This document shows, piece after piece, positions 47,061 to 60,120 of a stretch of 64,000 nt of DNA. The notes under the pieces were generated by a model. That model saw only the letters and a list, made by a program, of their open reading frames with translations, was not told the DNA's origin and did not search any database. This stretch comes from Gracilinanus agilis (taxonomy: Eukaryota), in NCBI RefSeq assembly GCF_016433145.1, contig NC_058130.1, forward strand, positions 708,556,629-708,620,628, read 5' to 3'. The position numbers and the translations under genes were made by a program. Numbering within the stretch: position 1 is the stretch's first letter; each line of letters opens with the position of its first letter.

Positions 47061-49090
47061 GGGGGTGGGGAGCGGAGCTGGATTAAGACAGGAAACAATT
47101 GGTAAACTTCCAACTCCGGAGGCTGGGTTCCGAAGGCTGGACTAAAGACCCAGGGATGGGTGGAGGGAGAGAGGGAGGAAGCAGCAGATGGCATCTTGAG
47201 GCAGAAGAGCCTGTGAAAGCGAGGCATGGAGGGCCGTGGCTTTCGGAACCCTCCCCCCCAAACACAGACTCCCCTGGGAACCTTCCTCCGTCATTTGTAT
47301 GCTGGAGCCTTAGCTCGGTTTCCGGGCCTAAGAGGGGGAGGGGACTGCTGGGGGGGGGGGCTGGCAGTGTCAGTGGTTGCGGAGGTTGGGCAGGATGTTA
47401 CTAGTGACTTGGGGGAGGGGTGTCCGCGTCTGCTGGTAGCCTCTCAGTCTAGCTATTTGTGCTTCTTTCACCCCTCTATCCCCAGCCACTTTCCCCACGC
47501 TGCCCGATTGCCCTTCCTGTAGTTCTCATAGAGCCCAAAAGCAAGAGCCCCGGCAGCTGTTGTATTTTTAGCACCGAGGTTCCCAGGGCCCAAATAGGTT
47601 GGGAGAGAACTTCAGCTCCCTTTCTCTGGGCATCCAGTCCTAGGCTGGGAAGAGGAAGGGAGGGGTCCTGAGTTTGGGAATGGATGAGACAGAATATGGA
47701 TGGGGGAGGGTTGGTGGTGGGACTGGGAGGCAGCTGTGCCCACAGGGGCAGGGCCGTGTGTGACTGCGGAAACCCGGCTGGGGATATCGTTGAAAACCAG
47801 AAGGACTGATCTGGGAGGGGTTAAGACTTGGGCCTGGAGGATTTAGGGGAGAGACTACTGGAATTGGCAGCCCTTGTGATGGGAGGGAACCATCCCCCCA
47901 AGGGGTGGGAAATGGACGATATCTGTATTTTGGATCGGGAGAGAAATTAGGCTGCCTCTATAAGCGGTTGGGCGCCTGGCCTGGTTCCTAAAGAGCCTGA
48001 GACTGGGGAGGAATCTCTGGCCACACCCCTTGCTCCCCTCCTTTTTCTCCATAAGTCAGGAAACTGCTGGCTAGAAACTGGCATTGTGTCTTCTAACTGA
48101 TCTGCTGAGGAGGGTGACCAGGCTAATGTCTCTCCCTACTCTATTCTCTCTTTTTCCTATTCTTCCCCTCTAAGTAACTTGAAGGCAAGGATTGCCCCAC
48201 TTTTGAATTTATATCCCTAGCACTTAACTGTGCCTAGTACACAGTAGGTACTTAATAAATGCTTGGTACCTGCTCATTGAAAAGACATTTCGAAAGTACC
48301 TTCCATTTACAGAACATTACATTCCCAATCTTGAAATATAAGATATGGTCCCTGGCTTCAAGGAGAGGCAGGATAATCAGAATAAAAACACAACAACGTA
48401 GTTATATGCTACAATATCATATGGTGATGTCTTAAGAATGTAAAAGGGTGGAGGTGAGATCAGGGAAGGCTTTATGGAAGAGGTGGTATTTGAGCTCAAT
48501 TTTAAAGGATGGCTGAGAATTTAGTAAAGGCAAGGTAGGAAGGACGTTTCCTGACAGAGGTGTTACAAGGGTGGACTTGACAGGGCTTGGTAACTGGATT
48601 TAAGAGGGGAGGTAGAGGGAAATGTCAAAAATTACCCTAAGGTTTGGAGATGTAAGACTGGCCTATACCTCTTGTCACTGACAAATATAGTAAAGTAGAA
48701 AATAGCTGGTGTTTTTATTTTGATTGGGACATGCGAGTTCAGCATCTACTGTGCCCTTAGAAAATTGTCCGGGACACTTTGGGGTTAGATGATTCAGCCA
48801 GTATGTGTCAAAGGCAGGTTTGGAACCCAGATGTTCCTCTCTACCCTCTACAAATTGCTTCTCATCTTCATGTTTACAGATGAGGAAAATGAGGTACAGA
48901 GTGGTCAGTATTTTGCCCAGAATCATGCAACTAGTGAGTGTAGGCACTAGAATTTGAACTTAGGTCTTCTGATCTGAGATCTGGACCAAACTTGATCTCA
49001 GCAGCAATATGGCTTGGTTTTGGACTGGGACTCTACTGAAAAAATGACCAAACAACCACAAAATTTGGACTTGTTGATTTTGAGGCGGGG

Positions 49091-49470
49091 CTAGGTATTC
49101 AGGGGAGTTTTCTTTCCCTTCGGCACTTGGGAAATTTTGGTCTGGAGCTCAGAAGAGAGATCTGGGTGGGAGAATAGGATTTGGGCTGCATCAGCTTGGA
49201 GATGATTGAAGCTGTGGGAGTGAATGAGATCACCCAGGGAGCCTAGAGATAAAAAAGAAGGCGGAGTCTTGGGGAACACCCACTTGAAGGGTGTTGGGAA
49301 GAAGATGAGGAGACCAAGGAAACATGCTAAGAAAGGTAAGAGGAGAATCGGGGAGAGTTCTCTGTCTAGTGAGGAAAATAACTGAAGCAATCCAGGGTTA
49401 CCAGTGCCAAATGCTGCAGAGAGGTCCAGGAAGACTGGGGCTGAAGAATGGCCACCGAATTCAGTCATTA
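49091..49470 (-). mobile_element. L2 LINE reverse-transcriptase fragment
   Basis: Translation FLDLSAAFGT...SLGDLIHSHSFNH.LQADAAQI...PDLSSELQ matches L2 RT motifs (LDLSAAFDT, YADD). A second L2 RT piece lies at about 53170-53520. Confidence 0.75.
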
Positions 49471-51467
49471 CAACATTATTGGTGACCTTTGAATGTGATT
49501 TTTAGTAGAGGGTGGAAGGCATTTTGGAGACAGTGTCAAGGAAATAGAGATGTTAAGCCTAGACCAGTTTTTCCAGAAGTTTGGCAGTGGAGGGGGGAGG
49601 AAGGAAGATGGGTCAGCTGGGAGCTTAGATGGGGAAGAAGGGCTAAAGGAAGGCTTTTTGGGGGATATGGAAGAGACATGAGCATGTTTGTTGGAGCCGT
49701 TTGGGGGGGGGGAGATGAAAGATGCATAAAGAAAGGGAGAGGCAGTAGAGGAGGGAGAAGGGAGGAGGGAACCTAGGGCACAATATGCCAAGGGAGTAGG
49801 AGGAGATAAAGCTGGGAATGGAAGTTTGAGCTAGATTATGGAAGACAAACTTGAAATGCCAAGTCAGGAAATTTTATTTCATTTTGTGGGCAGTGTATGT
49901 GTGTGGGGTGGGGGAGGGAGGGTCATTGCTTGTTTTCAAATAGAGAAAACCCCCCATTATTAGAGCAGTGCTTTAGGAAGATTATCCAGGTAACCCAAAG
50001 GATGGATTAGAGAGAATGGACTGGAAGTCAAGAGACTAGTTAGGAGGCGATTGGAATAATCAGGGCCAGAGGTGGTTGTTTTGTCCTTCCTCTTTTTTTT
50101 CCCATTTGGGGTTTTCTTGGCAGAGACACTGGAGTGGTTTCCCATTTCCTTCTCCAGCTCATTTTACAGATGAGGAAACCGAGGCAAAAAGGGTTAGTTA
50201 AATAACTTGTTCAGGGTCACACAAGTTAGTATATGAGGCTTGATTTGAACCTAGGAAGATGAGTCTTCTTGACTTGTGCCCTGGCATTCTAACCACTTTG
50301 CTACCTAGGAACTAAAGGACTGTTGGTAGTTTTAGCAATGTGTAGGAGGGGACTGAAAGGAGATATTTTGAAAATAAGATCTACAGGCAACTAGATGTGT
50401 AGGGGTGAGGGACATGATAGAGTCAGAAAGCAGCCATGCAGTAGATAGAGTACTGGACCTGGAGTCAGGAAGACCCAAGCTCAAATCTGGCTTCAGACCC
50501 AAACTTAACGTGAGACCTTGGGCAATTTGCTCTGGTTGCCTCAGTTTCTGTAAACTGGGGCTGATAACCAGCTAGAACCCGCCTCACAGGGTTGTCGTAA
50601 GGATCAAATATTTGTAAAGGGGCTGGCACATAGTAGGTGCTCTATAAATGTCAGCTATTATTATCCTGGAGGTTTCAAGCCTAGATGACAGTGCCAACAA
50701 CCAAAATGGAAAAGCCATTGGGAGGGGCAGGTTTAGGGGTGATGATGACAAATTCTGTTTTCCACACCTGCCACTCAGGCAGCTGGAATTCAGGGAGAGG
50801 TTGGCTATGGAGTTAATAAATCTGGGAATCCAGTTCTTTTATTTGTGTACTGGATCCAAGGCAAAAGATCAGTAAGGGCCAGGCAGTGGGGGTTAAGTGA
50901 CTTGCCCAGGGTCTCACACCTAGAAATTGTCTGAGGCCATACATAGTTCTTGATAACTGAAGCCATGTGGTGGAGTGGACAAGATCACTAAGGGAGAAAA
51001 TTATAGGTAGATAGTCTCCCCATCCTCTGCCTCTCCCATCTTAATGGCCATGTTCAAGGCTGGCTGACTTGTTATGGCCTAATCTCCCTTTGAGGTGCAG
51101 TTGGGGACAGTAGGCACAAATCAATTATGTCACACAAATATCCACTCCATAATTGTTTATTAAAGTCCGACTGGGTCTCCTACAAAGACCAAAGCAAAAG
51201 AATTATTTACTATCAAGAAATTTCCTTTCTCCTTGGGGAGGAAATGAAACAACATGTATACAGAGAAATATATACAAAGTAATTCTTGGAAGAGGAGAGG
51301 ATACTCAGCAGCTGAAGGGGAATCAGGGTGAGCTAAGCTGCCTGTGGGAAGTAGTGCTTGAAATAAACCTGGAAGGGAGTTAGGGTATTTTATGAAGTGG
51401 AAGGGAGGAGAGAGGGTGTTCCAGGCCAGGGGGCACAGTGTGGGCAAAGTTAAGTAAAGGGGAAATG

Positions 51468-51470
<3 letters not shown>

Positions 51471-51502
<32 letters not shown>
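51471..51502. repeat. (TA)16 microsatellite
   Basis: Perfect TA run. Confidence 0.95.
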
Positions 51503-51508
<6 letters not shown>

Positions 51509-51789
51509 ATGTGAGGAATAGCAAGTTTGGCTGGTTTGGTGCAGAGGTCTTCGCACACAGAGGAGGAGAGTCTGCACTTAGGGATTTAAATACAAGTACA
51601 AAGAATTTGTATTTTGTCCTAGACATGAGAGGGAGCTAGCCACTGAAGCTTCTTGAGAACAGAAGCAGTGATGGGGTCAGACTTATCTAGGCTTTAGGGA
51701 AATCACTTTGGAGGTGATTTGGAGGTTCCACTGGAGAGGGGAAGAGGCTGGAGGCTGAGAGAGCCAATAGGCTGTGGATCAAAGGCACA

Positions 51790-52375
51790 GTATTTTAAAT
51801 GGAATTTCCTTTTCTATCTCTTGCTATTGAACTTTGGGAGGGGTAAACAGAAATGCTGATGATTTATGTGAGTTTATTTTGTATCCTACAACTTTGCTAA
51901 AGTTGTTAATTGTTTCTATTAGTTTTTTGGTTGCTTCTTTGGGGCTCTCAATATATATACACCATCATGTCCTCTGCAAAGAGTGATCATTTTGGGGGCT
52001 GGGTGGCTCAATGGATTGAGAGCCAGGCCTAGAGATGGGAAGTCCTGGGTTCAAATCTGACCTTAGAAGCTTCTATTTGTGTGACTCTGAGCTTAACCCC
52101 CATTGCCTAGCCCTTACCATTCTTCTTCCTTGGAACCAAAACACAGTATTGATTCTAAGATGGAAGGTAAGAGTTTAAAAAAAAAGAGTGATAATTTTGA
52201 AACATTGCCTGTTCTGGTGCCTTCAGTTTCCTTTTCTGCACTTATTATAGCTAGTGTTTCTAGTATAATATTAAATAGTAGTGATGATAATAAGCTTTTT
52301 TTTTGCTTCACCCCTGATCTTATTAGGAAGGATTCGGGTTTATCCCCATTCTAGACAATGCATGCTGATGGTTTT
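51790..52375 (-). mobile_element. L1 ORF2 reverse-transcriptase core fragment split by a SINE (51994-52183)
   Basis: LSSLLFNIILETLAI...KLSLF | FAEDMMVY...KKLIETINNFSKVVGYKINSHKSSAFL. The SINE is flanked by a 15-bp TSD aagagtgat(c/a)atttt. Confidence 0.85.
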
Positions 52376-52441
52376 AGTTAGATGAAAGGCACAGAATTTG
52401 AAGGGAAGTAGATAAGAGATGAGGTTGGGCAGGAGCTAGAC

Positions 52442-52705
52442 CAGTGATGGGCAACCTTTTGAGCTCGGTGGGTCAAAATTCGCCAAAAAACTGACCACTT
52501 TGAGAAAAAAAACATAATTTTGCAATATTTATAGTTTAAATAACAAAAATGTATAATTGTAATATACAACTGTATTTAATAAACCAAAATAGGTAAATTA
52601 ATATGGGTAGAATTGTCATCTATAGTGCACAGAGTGTCTGCACTACATTATAGCAAGTGTTTCATCCTTGGCATGTGGCCCCATGTCATAGGTTTGCTAT
52701 CACTG
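52442..52705 (-). mobile_element. Non-autonomous hAT MITE, hAT1/nhAT1-like, copy B, with a perfect 8-bp TSD
   Basis: TIRs CAGTGATGGGCAACCT / rc CAGTGATAGCAAACCT. TSD AGCTAGAC at 52434-52441 and 52706-52713. Confidence 0.9.
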
Positions 52706-55540
52706 AGCTAGACTGTAAAAGGGCATCTCAGTGCTTCTGTGGATAGAATGCTGGACCTGGAGCCAGGAGAATTTGAGTTCAAATCAAGTCTCAGACACTT
52801 GCTAACAGTGTCTAATGAGCATTTCACTTAATCCTGTGATTAATTCACTTTCCTCATCTGTAAAATGGGCTGGAGAAGGAAATGACAAACCACTCCAGAA
52901 TCCTAGCCTAGAAAACCTGAAATAGAGTCAGTGAGTCAGACACGACTGAACAACAAAAAAGATAAGTGACCAAAAGTTAAGGAACGAGCCTAGACAGGAG
53001 CCTCAGTGGTAGAAGACTTTGTGTGCCAGTAGGGAGTTTTTCCTTTTTTCTCTAGGGAGTGGGATGAAAGGTAATAAGGAACCTAAACTAGGGTCCTGGC
53101 TGTTTGATCCAGCTAGAGGAAGTCAGGGAAGCTAGGAAGAAGGGAGGATTTGGGGGAAGATAACATGAATTCTGTTTTAGACATGTTGGGTTCTCATGAG
53201 GACAGGGCTCAAAAAAATCCCAGCTGGAAATATCCAGTTGGCAGTTGATTCTGTGGGAATGGAGCTAAACAGAGAGATGTAAGGGAGAAGAGGGCCCTGG
53301 ACAGAGCCTATGGGTATATCCACACATAGAGGGTCATACATGGATGATGATGACCCAGCAAAAGAAATAGAAGGGTTTGCCAAACAGGTAGGAGAAGATC
53401 CAAGGGGACAGTGTGACAAAAAACCCCATGGAAAAAGAGAGTGGTAGGGGAAAAGTCATTATGTCAAAAGTTGTAGAGAAGCTGAGAAGGATGAAGAGTG
53501 AGAAAATGGTCACCTGGATTTAGCAAATAACAGATCATTGGAGTTGTAGAGATATTTGAGTTGGGTGATGTGAATGAAAACTAGATTGAAAAGTGGGTGC
53601 CAGTAGAGGTTTCTAGGAATTTTCATTCAAAGGGAAAAGATCTGGGATGATACCTCTAAAGGATAGTACCATCCGGTGAAAGTTTTCTTAAAGATGGCCA
53701 AAACAGGCATATTTGTAGACAAGCAAGGAAGGAGCTCAAATGGAGAGATTGAAAATTAATTGTCAAAGTAAGCTGCCAGCGAGGATGAGAGGAGATGATC
53801 GAGGAAGGATGGGATGTAGGGTGAGAGCAGGGTTGCTCTTAGAGAGAAAGGTCACTTCAACCACCCCTACTTTAGATGAAGTGGGCCTGTAAACTCATTT
53901 TTCTTTCTTCAAAAAAATTACAGTGTTATCTGTCTAATTGGTTTCCTTTCTAATTCTGTGCATTTGAAAACATTCTGAGAAGGTTGAAGGGAGGTCCCCA
54001 GGCTTCACTAGATGGCCCTTGGGGTCCACAATAACAACAAACCACTGCAATCCAGGAAGCTAATGGAGAATGATATCTAAGGGGTCTGAGATGTATAACA
54101 GGGAAGAGAATGGAGTTCCTGGCCAATTGCCTTTATTTTCCAGATTAAGTAGGAAGTCAAGATCCTCATTTGAGTAGGAGGAGATGATGTGGGCTTTATT
54201 AGGCATTACTACAAGAATGCACAACTGTTGCTTTTCTAGCCTTGGGTTAATGTCTCTTCAGGTCTTCCTTTGGGGCTAAGTTCCAGAAGTCGGTAGGACC
54301 AGGTCTCTGAGGGTGAACAATGGGATAGATTTATTGGGATACCTTGGGCTCCAGTAGGGCTGGACTTCTGACCTCAATGGACACTACTCTTAGGGTGAGT
54401 GGCCACCCACAAGACTGTAAACTGACTATTTAGAGAAACCTCAGCGAAGCTATTTTGGGATGAATCGCAATATTTCTATTTGTACCTTGTCTGCTAGCCA
54501 CCAGGACCCACAGCCATGGCCTTCGTTGCTCTTCTCTTCTCCCACTGTTGGCCCAGCCACAGAGCCCTTTTGTCCTGCTGCCCACTGGCCCAAGAGATCC
54601 TTATGATGCCAGCTGGTGGATCCAGTGAGCCCCAGGTCTTTCCCTCACTCCTTAACCTACCTCCAGCTTCAAGCAATCCTAGCTAGCTCAGCAGGACACT
54701 GTGCTTGTGTGGTGGAAAGGGGATGGTAGTTAGGACTTCTTAATTCATTCCTCCTCAGCCCTGTTAATTCAGTGTGTGATTTAGGCAGGTCATTCCCCCC
54801 TCTTACCCTTCTCCTCCCTCAGAGGCCTCTTTGTATCAGAAAACACCACCCTCTCTCTATTTGGTGCAGGGACCAGGCCTGGAACACAACAAGTCATCAA
54901 CAAGCTTTTATTAAGTGCCTGCTAAATACCAAGAGTGAGGAGGAATGAGGTAGAGCAGAGGTGTCAAAACTTGGCCTGTTATACTCCCCCAGGCAGCCCA
55001 AACCAGATTAATATGTAATTGGGAGGGCAGCTGGTTGGCTCGGTGGATAGAGAGCCAAGGCTGGAGATGGGCATTCTGGGTTCAAATCAGGCCTCAGATA
55101 CTTCTTAGTTGTATGAACCTGGGCAAGTCACTGAACTCCAATTGCCTAGCCCTTATACCTCTTCTGCCTTGGAATTGATGCTTAGTATTGATTCTTTTTT
55201 TTTCCCTTTTAAACTCGTGTATTGAGCCACCCAGCTGCTCTCCTTAATATTGATTCTAAGACAGGAGGTATGGTTTTTTTAAAACTATAGTTTAACACAA
55301 AAATTTTTTAAATACAGTAAAATAGAGATAATGTAAATTTGTGAAAGGATCACTTTCTCAGTCTTCAATACTTTGTGACTCTATCTGAGTTTTCTTGGCA
55401 CAGATAATGGTAGTGGTTTGCTGTTTCCTTCTCCAGATGAGGAAACAGGCCAACTGAGATAAGTGACTTGCCCAGGATCACACTGCTAGGTAAGTGTCTA
55501 AGACTGGATTTGAACTCAGGATGATGAGTCTTCTTGACTC

Positions 55541-55624
55541 TAGGCCTAGCATTCCATCCACTGCTTCACTTGACTGTCTGTGTGTGTAGGCCTAGCATTC
55601 CATCCACTGCTTCACTTGACTGTC
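55541..55624. repeat. Perfect 38-bp direct duplication separated by (TG)4
   Basis: taggcctagcattccatccactgcttcacttgactgtc at 55541-55578 and 55587-55624. Confidence 0.9.
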
Positions 55625-58600
55625 CCACAGACAGAGAGCCTTCCTCAAAGCCAGGTCTCTGTATAATACTGGCTGTGTGCCCCTTAGCAAATCACTTAAC
55701 TTCTCAGTGCTCCTAAGCAACAATCCTAAGACTTTATGTTGCTGAGAAGGTACTCACCTGTATTGGTGGAGGGAAGTTCCTCATTCTAGGAGTTCCCTGT
55801 ACTGATGAGATCAGAGGTCCAGTCCCCACGCCTATCCACTGATAGGTTCTTGGTTCTTACCTGGAGCCTAGGGATACACACACAGACAAATAAAACAGTC
55901 CCTGCCCAAGACATTCTATTGGGAAGAAGCTCAGTTTCTCCTGAGGCTAAGCTAGTTCCACTGAAGTCCCTCAGGGTCCCTGAGGAGTGGACCTTCCTGT
56001 TTCCTTTCTCCCACTCAAGAATCAACCAATCAATCAACATTTATTAAGTGTCTCCTATGTGCTAGGCCTAGGGCTAAAGGAAAGAATGGAAGAAGAGAGT
56101 CTATCTAGAGTAGAAATACTTAACAGGAAGAATAAAGTCTGGCATATTACACCCTGGCCCAGGAACAAACTTAGAGCCTCTACCACCCAGCATCATCCTT
56201 TCCACCTCTATCCATTCTGTGGTGGCTATTGGGAAATGCATCTCTTAAAAAGTAATTTCATGAGGGCAGCTGGGTGGGTGGCTCAGTGGATGGAGAGCCA
56301 GGCCTAGAAATGGGAGGTCCTGGGTTCAAATCTGGCCTCAGAGACTTCCTAGCTGTGTGACCCTGGGCAAGTCACTTAACCCCCATTGCCTAGCCCTTCC
56401 CATGCTTCTGCCTGGGAATCAATATATAGTATTGATTCCTAGACAGAATGTAAGGGTTTTAAAAAAAAAGTGATTTCATAAAACAAGGATGAAAACCCAG
56501 CTGGTGAACAACAATACTTGGCCCTACTATTAACTCCTTGTGATCTTGGTTGTCCCATTCTCTCCTTTTGCCTCAGTTTCCTCAGTAAAATGAGAAGACT
56601 GGGGCAGTTAAGTGGTTCAGTGGATAAAGTAGAGAGCCAGGCCTAGAGACAGGAGGTCCTGAGTTCAAACTGACCTTAGACACTTCCTAGTTGTGCGACC
56701 CTGGGCAAGTCACTTGACCCCCATTGCCTAGTTCTTCTAACTTAGAACCAATACACACACAGTATTGGTTCCAAGACAGAGAAGAGAAGATTTAAAAAAA
56801 AAAAAAAAAGACTGATTGAAGGTCCCTTTTAGCTTTAAAGAGAGGACCAAAAGATATCATCTCTCTTGTAGTATCTGCGAATAAACCATTCAGAGGGGAT
56901 TTTTGAAGCGGGAAGCAGGAAGCGGGAAGCTGGAAGTGGGGAAAGCCCATCATCATGGATATTGATTTATTTGGTAGAGTAGTTCTCTGCAAGGAACTGC
57001 AAAGATCTCCCTTCAGGGATCTGCTAGGTTACTGTGGTTCAGCTCTCATTGACCAAGCAGCTGTTGTCAGTCTGTCACAAGAAGGGTGTGACCTCTGCTC
57101 ACGCTCAGGGCTGTCCATGATTTCCCTTCCCTTGAGACAGGGCATGCAGATAGCCCTTATAGACCGCTGATGTTGCTGTCTAGGCAAACTGGTCCTCTGC
57201 TCTGGGCTGAACAGACCTTATGGGATCATTAAGGATCATTAGGGACCATCGAGCCCATCCCTCTTATTTTTTACAGATTAGGAAACTGAAGCAAAGTTGC
57301 AGAAGCTTGACTTGAACTTAGGTCTCTGCTCCAGATCTGGTGCTAGCATCATCTGTGACTCCTTGCCCCACCCAACTCTCAACAGGCATCTCTGCCCAGA
57401 CCTAGAGTCACACACATAACATATGATCTGCCCAGGGTCATCACATAGCTTCCAAGGGTCAGAATGAAGCTTCTGATGCCAAGAGGAGCAGGGCTCCTAC
57501 TGCACTGTTCAGTTTCTTCTTGTGGTTGGTCTTTTTGGCAGCTCGGTGCTATAGAAAAAGGAAGGATTGCAGTCCCAGGGTTTAGGTTCAAATCTTGCTG
57601 CTTACTACTCTGCCATTGAGAAAATTATTTAACCTCAGTTTCCTTCTTTGTAAAAATGAGGGGAGTTGAACTAGATCACCTCTCACCCCTTCTGGCTCTA
57701 AATCTATGGTGCTATAGTTTAACTTCTATCCAGTTCTACCACCACTTATTAAATGCTTACTTGTATGTAGTAAGGGAGAAGAAAGATGAGAAGTTAAGAT
57801 ACACTTATACAATAGTTATGCTGCTGTATAAGACCAAATGGGGAAAGCACATGGAAGGGTTAAAAACACAAATGGAGGGAAGCAGAGAGTAAGGAGAGCT
57901 CCCTACAATCTGGGAAGGATCAGTGAAGGCTTCCTGGAGTTGGTGGCCTCTGAATTAGACTTTATTTATTTTAATTTTTTATTTCTGAAATCCTTGCCTT
58001 CCATCTTGGAATCAATAGTGTGTTGTTTCCAGGGTTGAAGAGTGGTAAGGGTTAGGCAATGAGGGTTAAGTGACATGCCTAGGGTCATGCAACTAGGAAG
58101 TGTCTGAAGTCAGATTTGAACTCAGGATCCCCCATCTCCAGGTCTGGCTCTCTGAGCCACCTAGCTGCCCCCTGAATTGGGCTTTAAAAATGAATAAGAG
58201 ACCGGGTAGAGTGATACTAAGAAGGTAAGGGGTTAAAAAAATGAGAAAGAGGTTGGAAGGGGATATTTCAGAGCTAAAAGAGATGTATCTTAAGATTTTA
58301 GTTCAAAAAGAGGGTCTTTTTTTTTTTTTTGGGTGGAGAACAGAGTTGTAAAGTTTTACTTAAATGTAGATTTACTTAAGTGTAGATTTTTTGGGTGGGA
58401 GGGTGTGCATGAGTGGGAGATAAAGTTGGACCAGCAGGAGGGGCCAGATCCGAATTCTTGAATACCAGGCTGAGGAATTTGAGTTTTAACCTGTTGTAGA
58501 GAGGAACTGGACTGAGTCCCTAGTCAGAAATCAGTAGGGGATGGTTTGAAGAGGGGAGAAATTGGGCAGAGAGAGAAGATGAAGTGGGAATCCGATTTGA

Positions 58601-58899
58601 ATATTGGCTCTGTTCCTCATGGCTTATGTGAACTTGGGTGAGTCACTTCACACGCTTGGTCCCAGTTTCTTCATTTACAAAAAAAGCGTTCCGGAGGTCC
58701 AGACTTAGCCTGGAATCCTTCAATTTTATTAGAACAGAGGCGGAAAGACCTAGGTTTAGAAACTACTGCCGTAGAGGCCGGGGAAAAGATGGAGAGAGTC
58801 TAGCAGAGTGTGCTTCGAGAAGAAAGAGTAGGAGAGCCCCAGCACCTCCTTTTACACTCACCCCGCCCTTCTTGGTTTACAAAGTACTTTCCCTGGTCT

Positions 58900-60120
58900 T
58901 GACTCCGCCTTCACTTCTTCCTGGAGCGGACACATTCAGGTCCAGCTGGGATTACTGTACCTAGCTGGGGCGAGGGGGAAGCTCGGACGGCTCCTAGGCT
59001 TCCCGTGGAAATGAAGGAGGAATTTAGGGATCCGACGAGGCCAGAGGTGTGGGATGGGTGGTGGTTGCTGAGCTTCTCCCTCCCCCATCCCTGCCCTCCC
59101 ACCTTGTGGTGAAGTTAAGAGTTGGAATGGACCTTAGACTGTGATTTTCTCGCCTAGTCTCGAGATGTGACTTTGCGCAAGTCTCTTTCCCTTCTCGGAG
59201 CCTTAGTTTCCCCACAAGCGAAATGACGGGGTTGAGCTGGATGATCCCTAAAGACCTTTCTAACTCTGACCTTCTCGGCGGCTGCCGCCCGCCCCCACGG
59301 GTCTCTCCGTAAGTGGCAGGAGCAGCTGCCCCCATTGCTGCCCCGCCCCCTGGCCCCGCCCCGGAGAGGCCCCTCTCCCAGCTCGGCCTCGCCCCGGCCC
59401 CACCCGCCCCTTTGCACTGGGCCGCCGCTGCCTCCCAGGGGAGTTTACGGGTGGGGGCACCAGCAGCTGAGTAGAGCACGGTGGGGCCAGGTTGATTGAA
59501 GGCAGTCGCTGGTCGGGACCGGTTTGACTGGTTGGATCCTTCGGTAGAGTCTCATAGGGCCACCTCCGCCCAGCTGACCGGCCAGGGCCCGGGGACCCGG
59601 GAAGGGGTCTCTGACCAGAGGCAGAGCCAGGATGGGGGGCGACCGGCAGCACTACTACGGCCAGCATGGTAGGTGGGCACCCCCTTGGCCCTCCCCACCT
59701 TTGTCCCCTGCCCCTGCCCGGAAGGCAGCTGGCTAAGCTTCCACAAATATCCCCAAGTGCTCTCCAGCGCCTCTGGGTCCAGGAATGCGGGACGGAATGT
59801 GCAGCGGGGTGCGCTAATCTCGGGGCTGTTCTGATCCCCCTCCTTATCCTGCACCCCTCCCACCTGCAACGCCCACTGGTCTGTGTAGGGGGGGAGGTCC
59901 TGAAGATGCTCCTAGGCTGTGAGCCCCTCTACTTAAGCCCAGCCTCATGCTCTCTGCCAGATCCCCCTCCGGATCCCCAAATGCTACGGGAGCCAGCCCT
60001 GGGGCCAAGGCGCGTGGGCGGGTGATGCTGCTTACTGCTAGCGCGCTGCTTGGCTCGCCTTGGCCCTTGCCTCCTCCCATCCCTTTCCCTCCTTTCGGAA
60101 GCACTGCTAAGCACGTCGTG
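58900..60120 (+). promoter_or_regulatory. CpG island / SLC44A2 proximal promoter and exon 1b
   Basis: CpG-rich, with multiple CCCCGCCC boxes (59341-59400) and GRHL-like GACCGGTT at 59517-59524. Confidence 0.75.
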
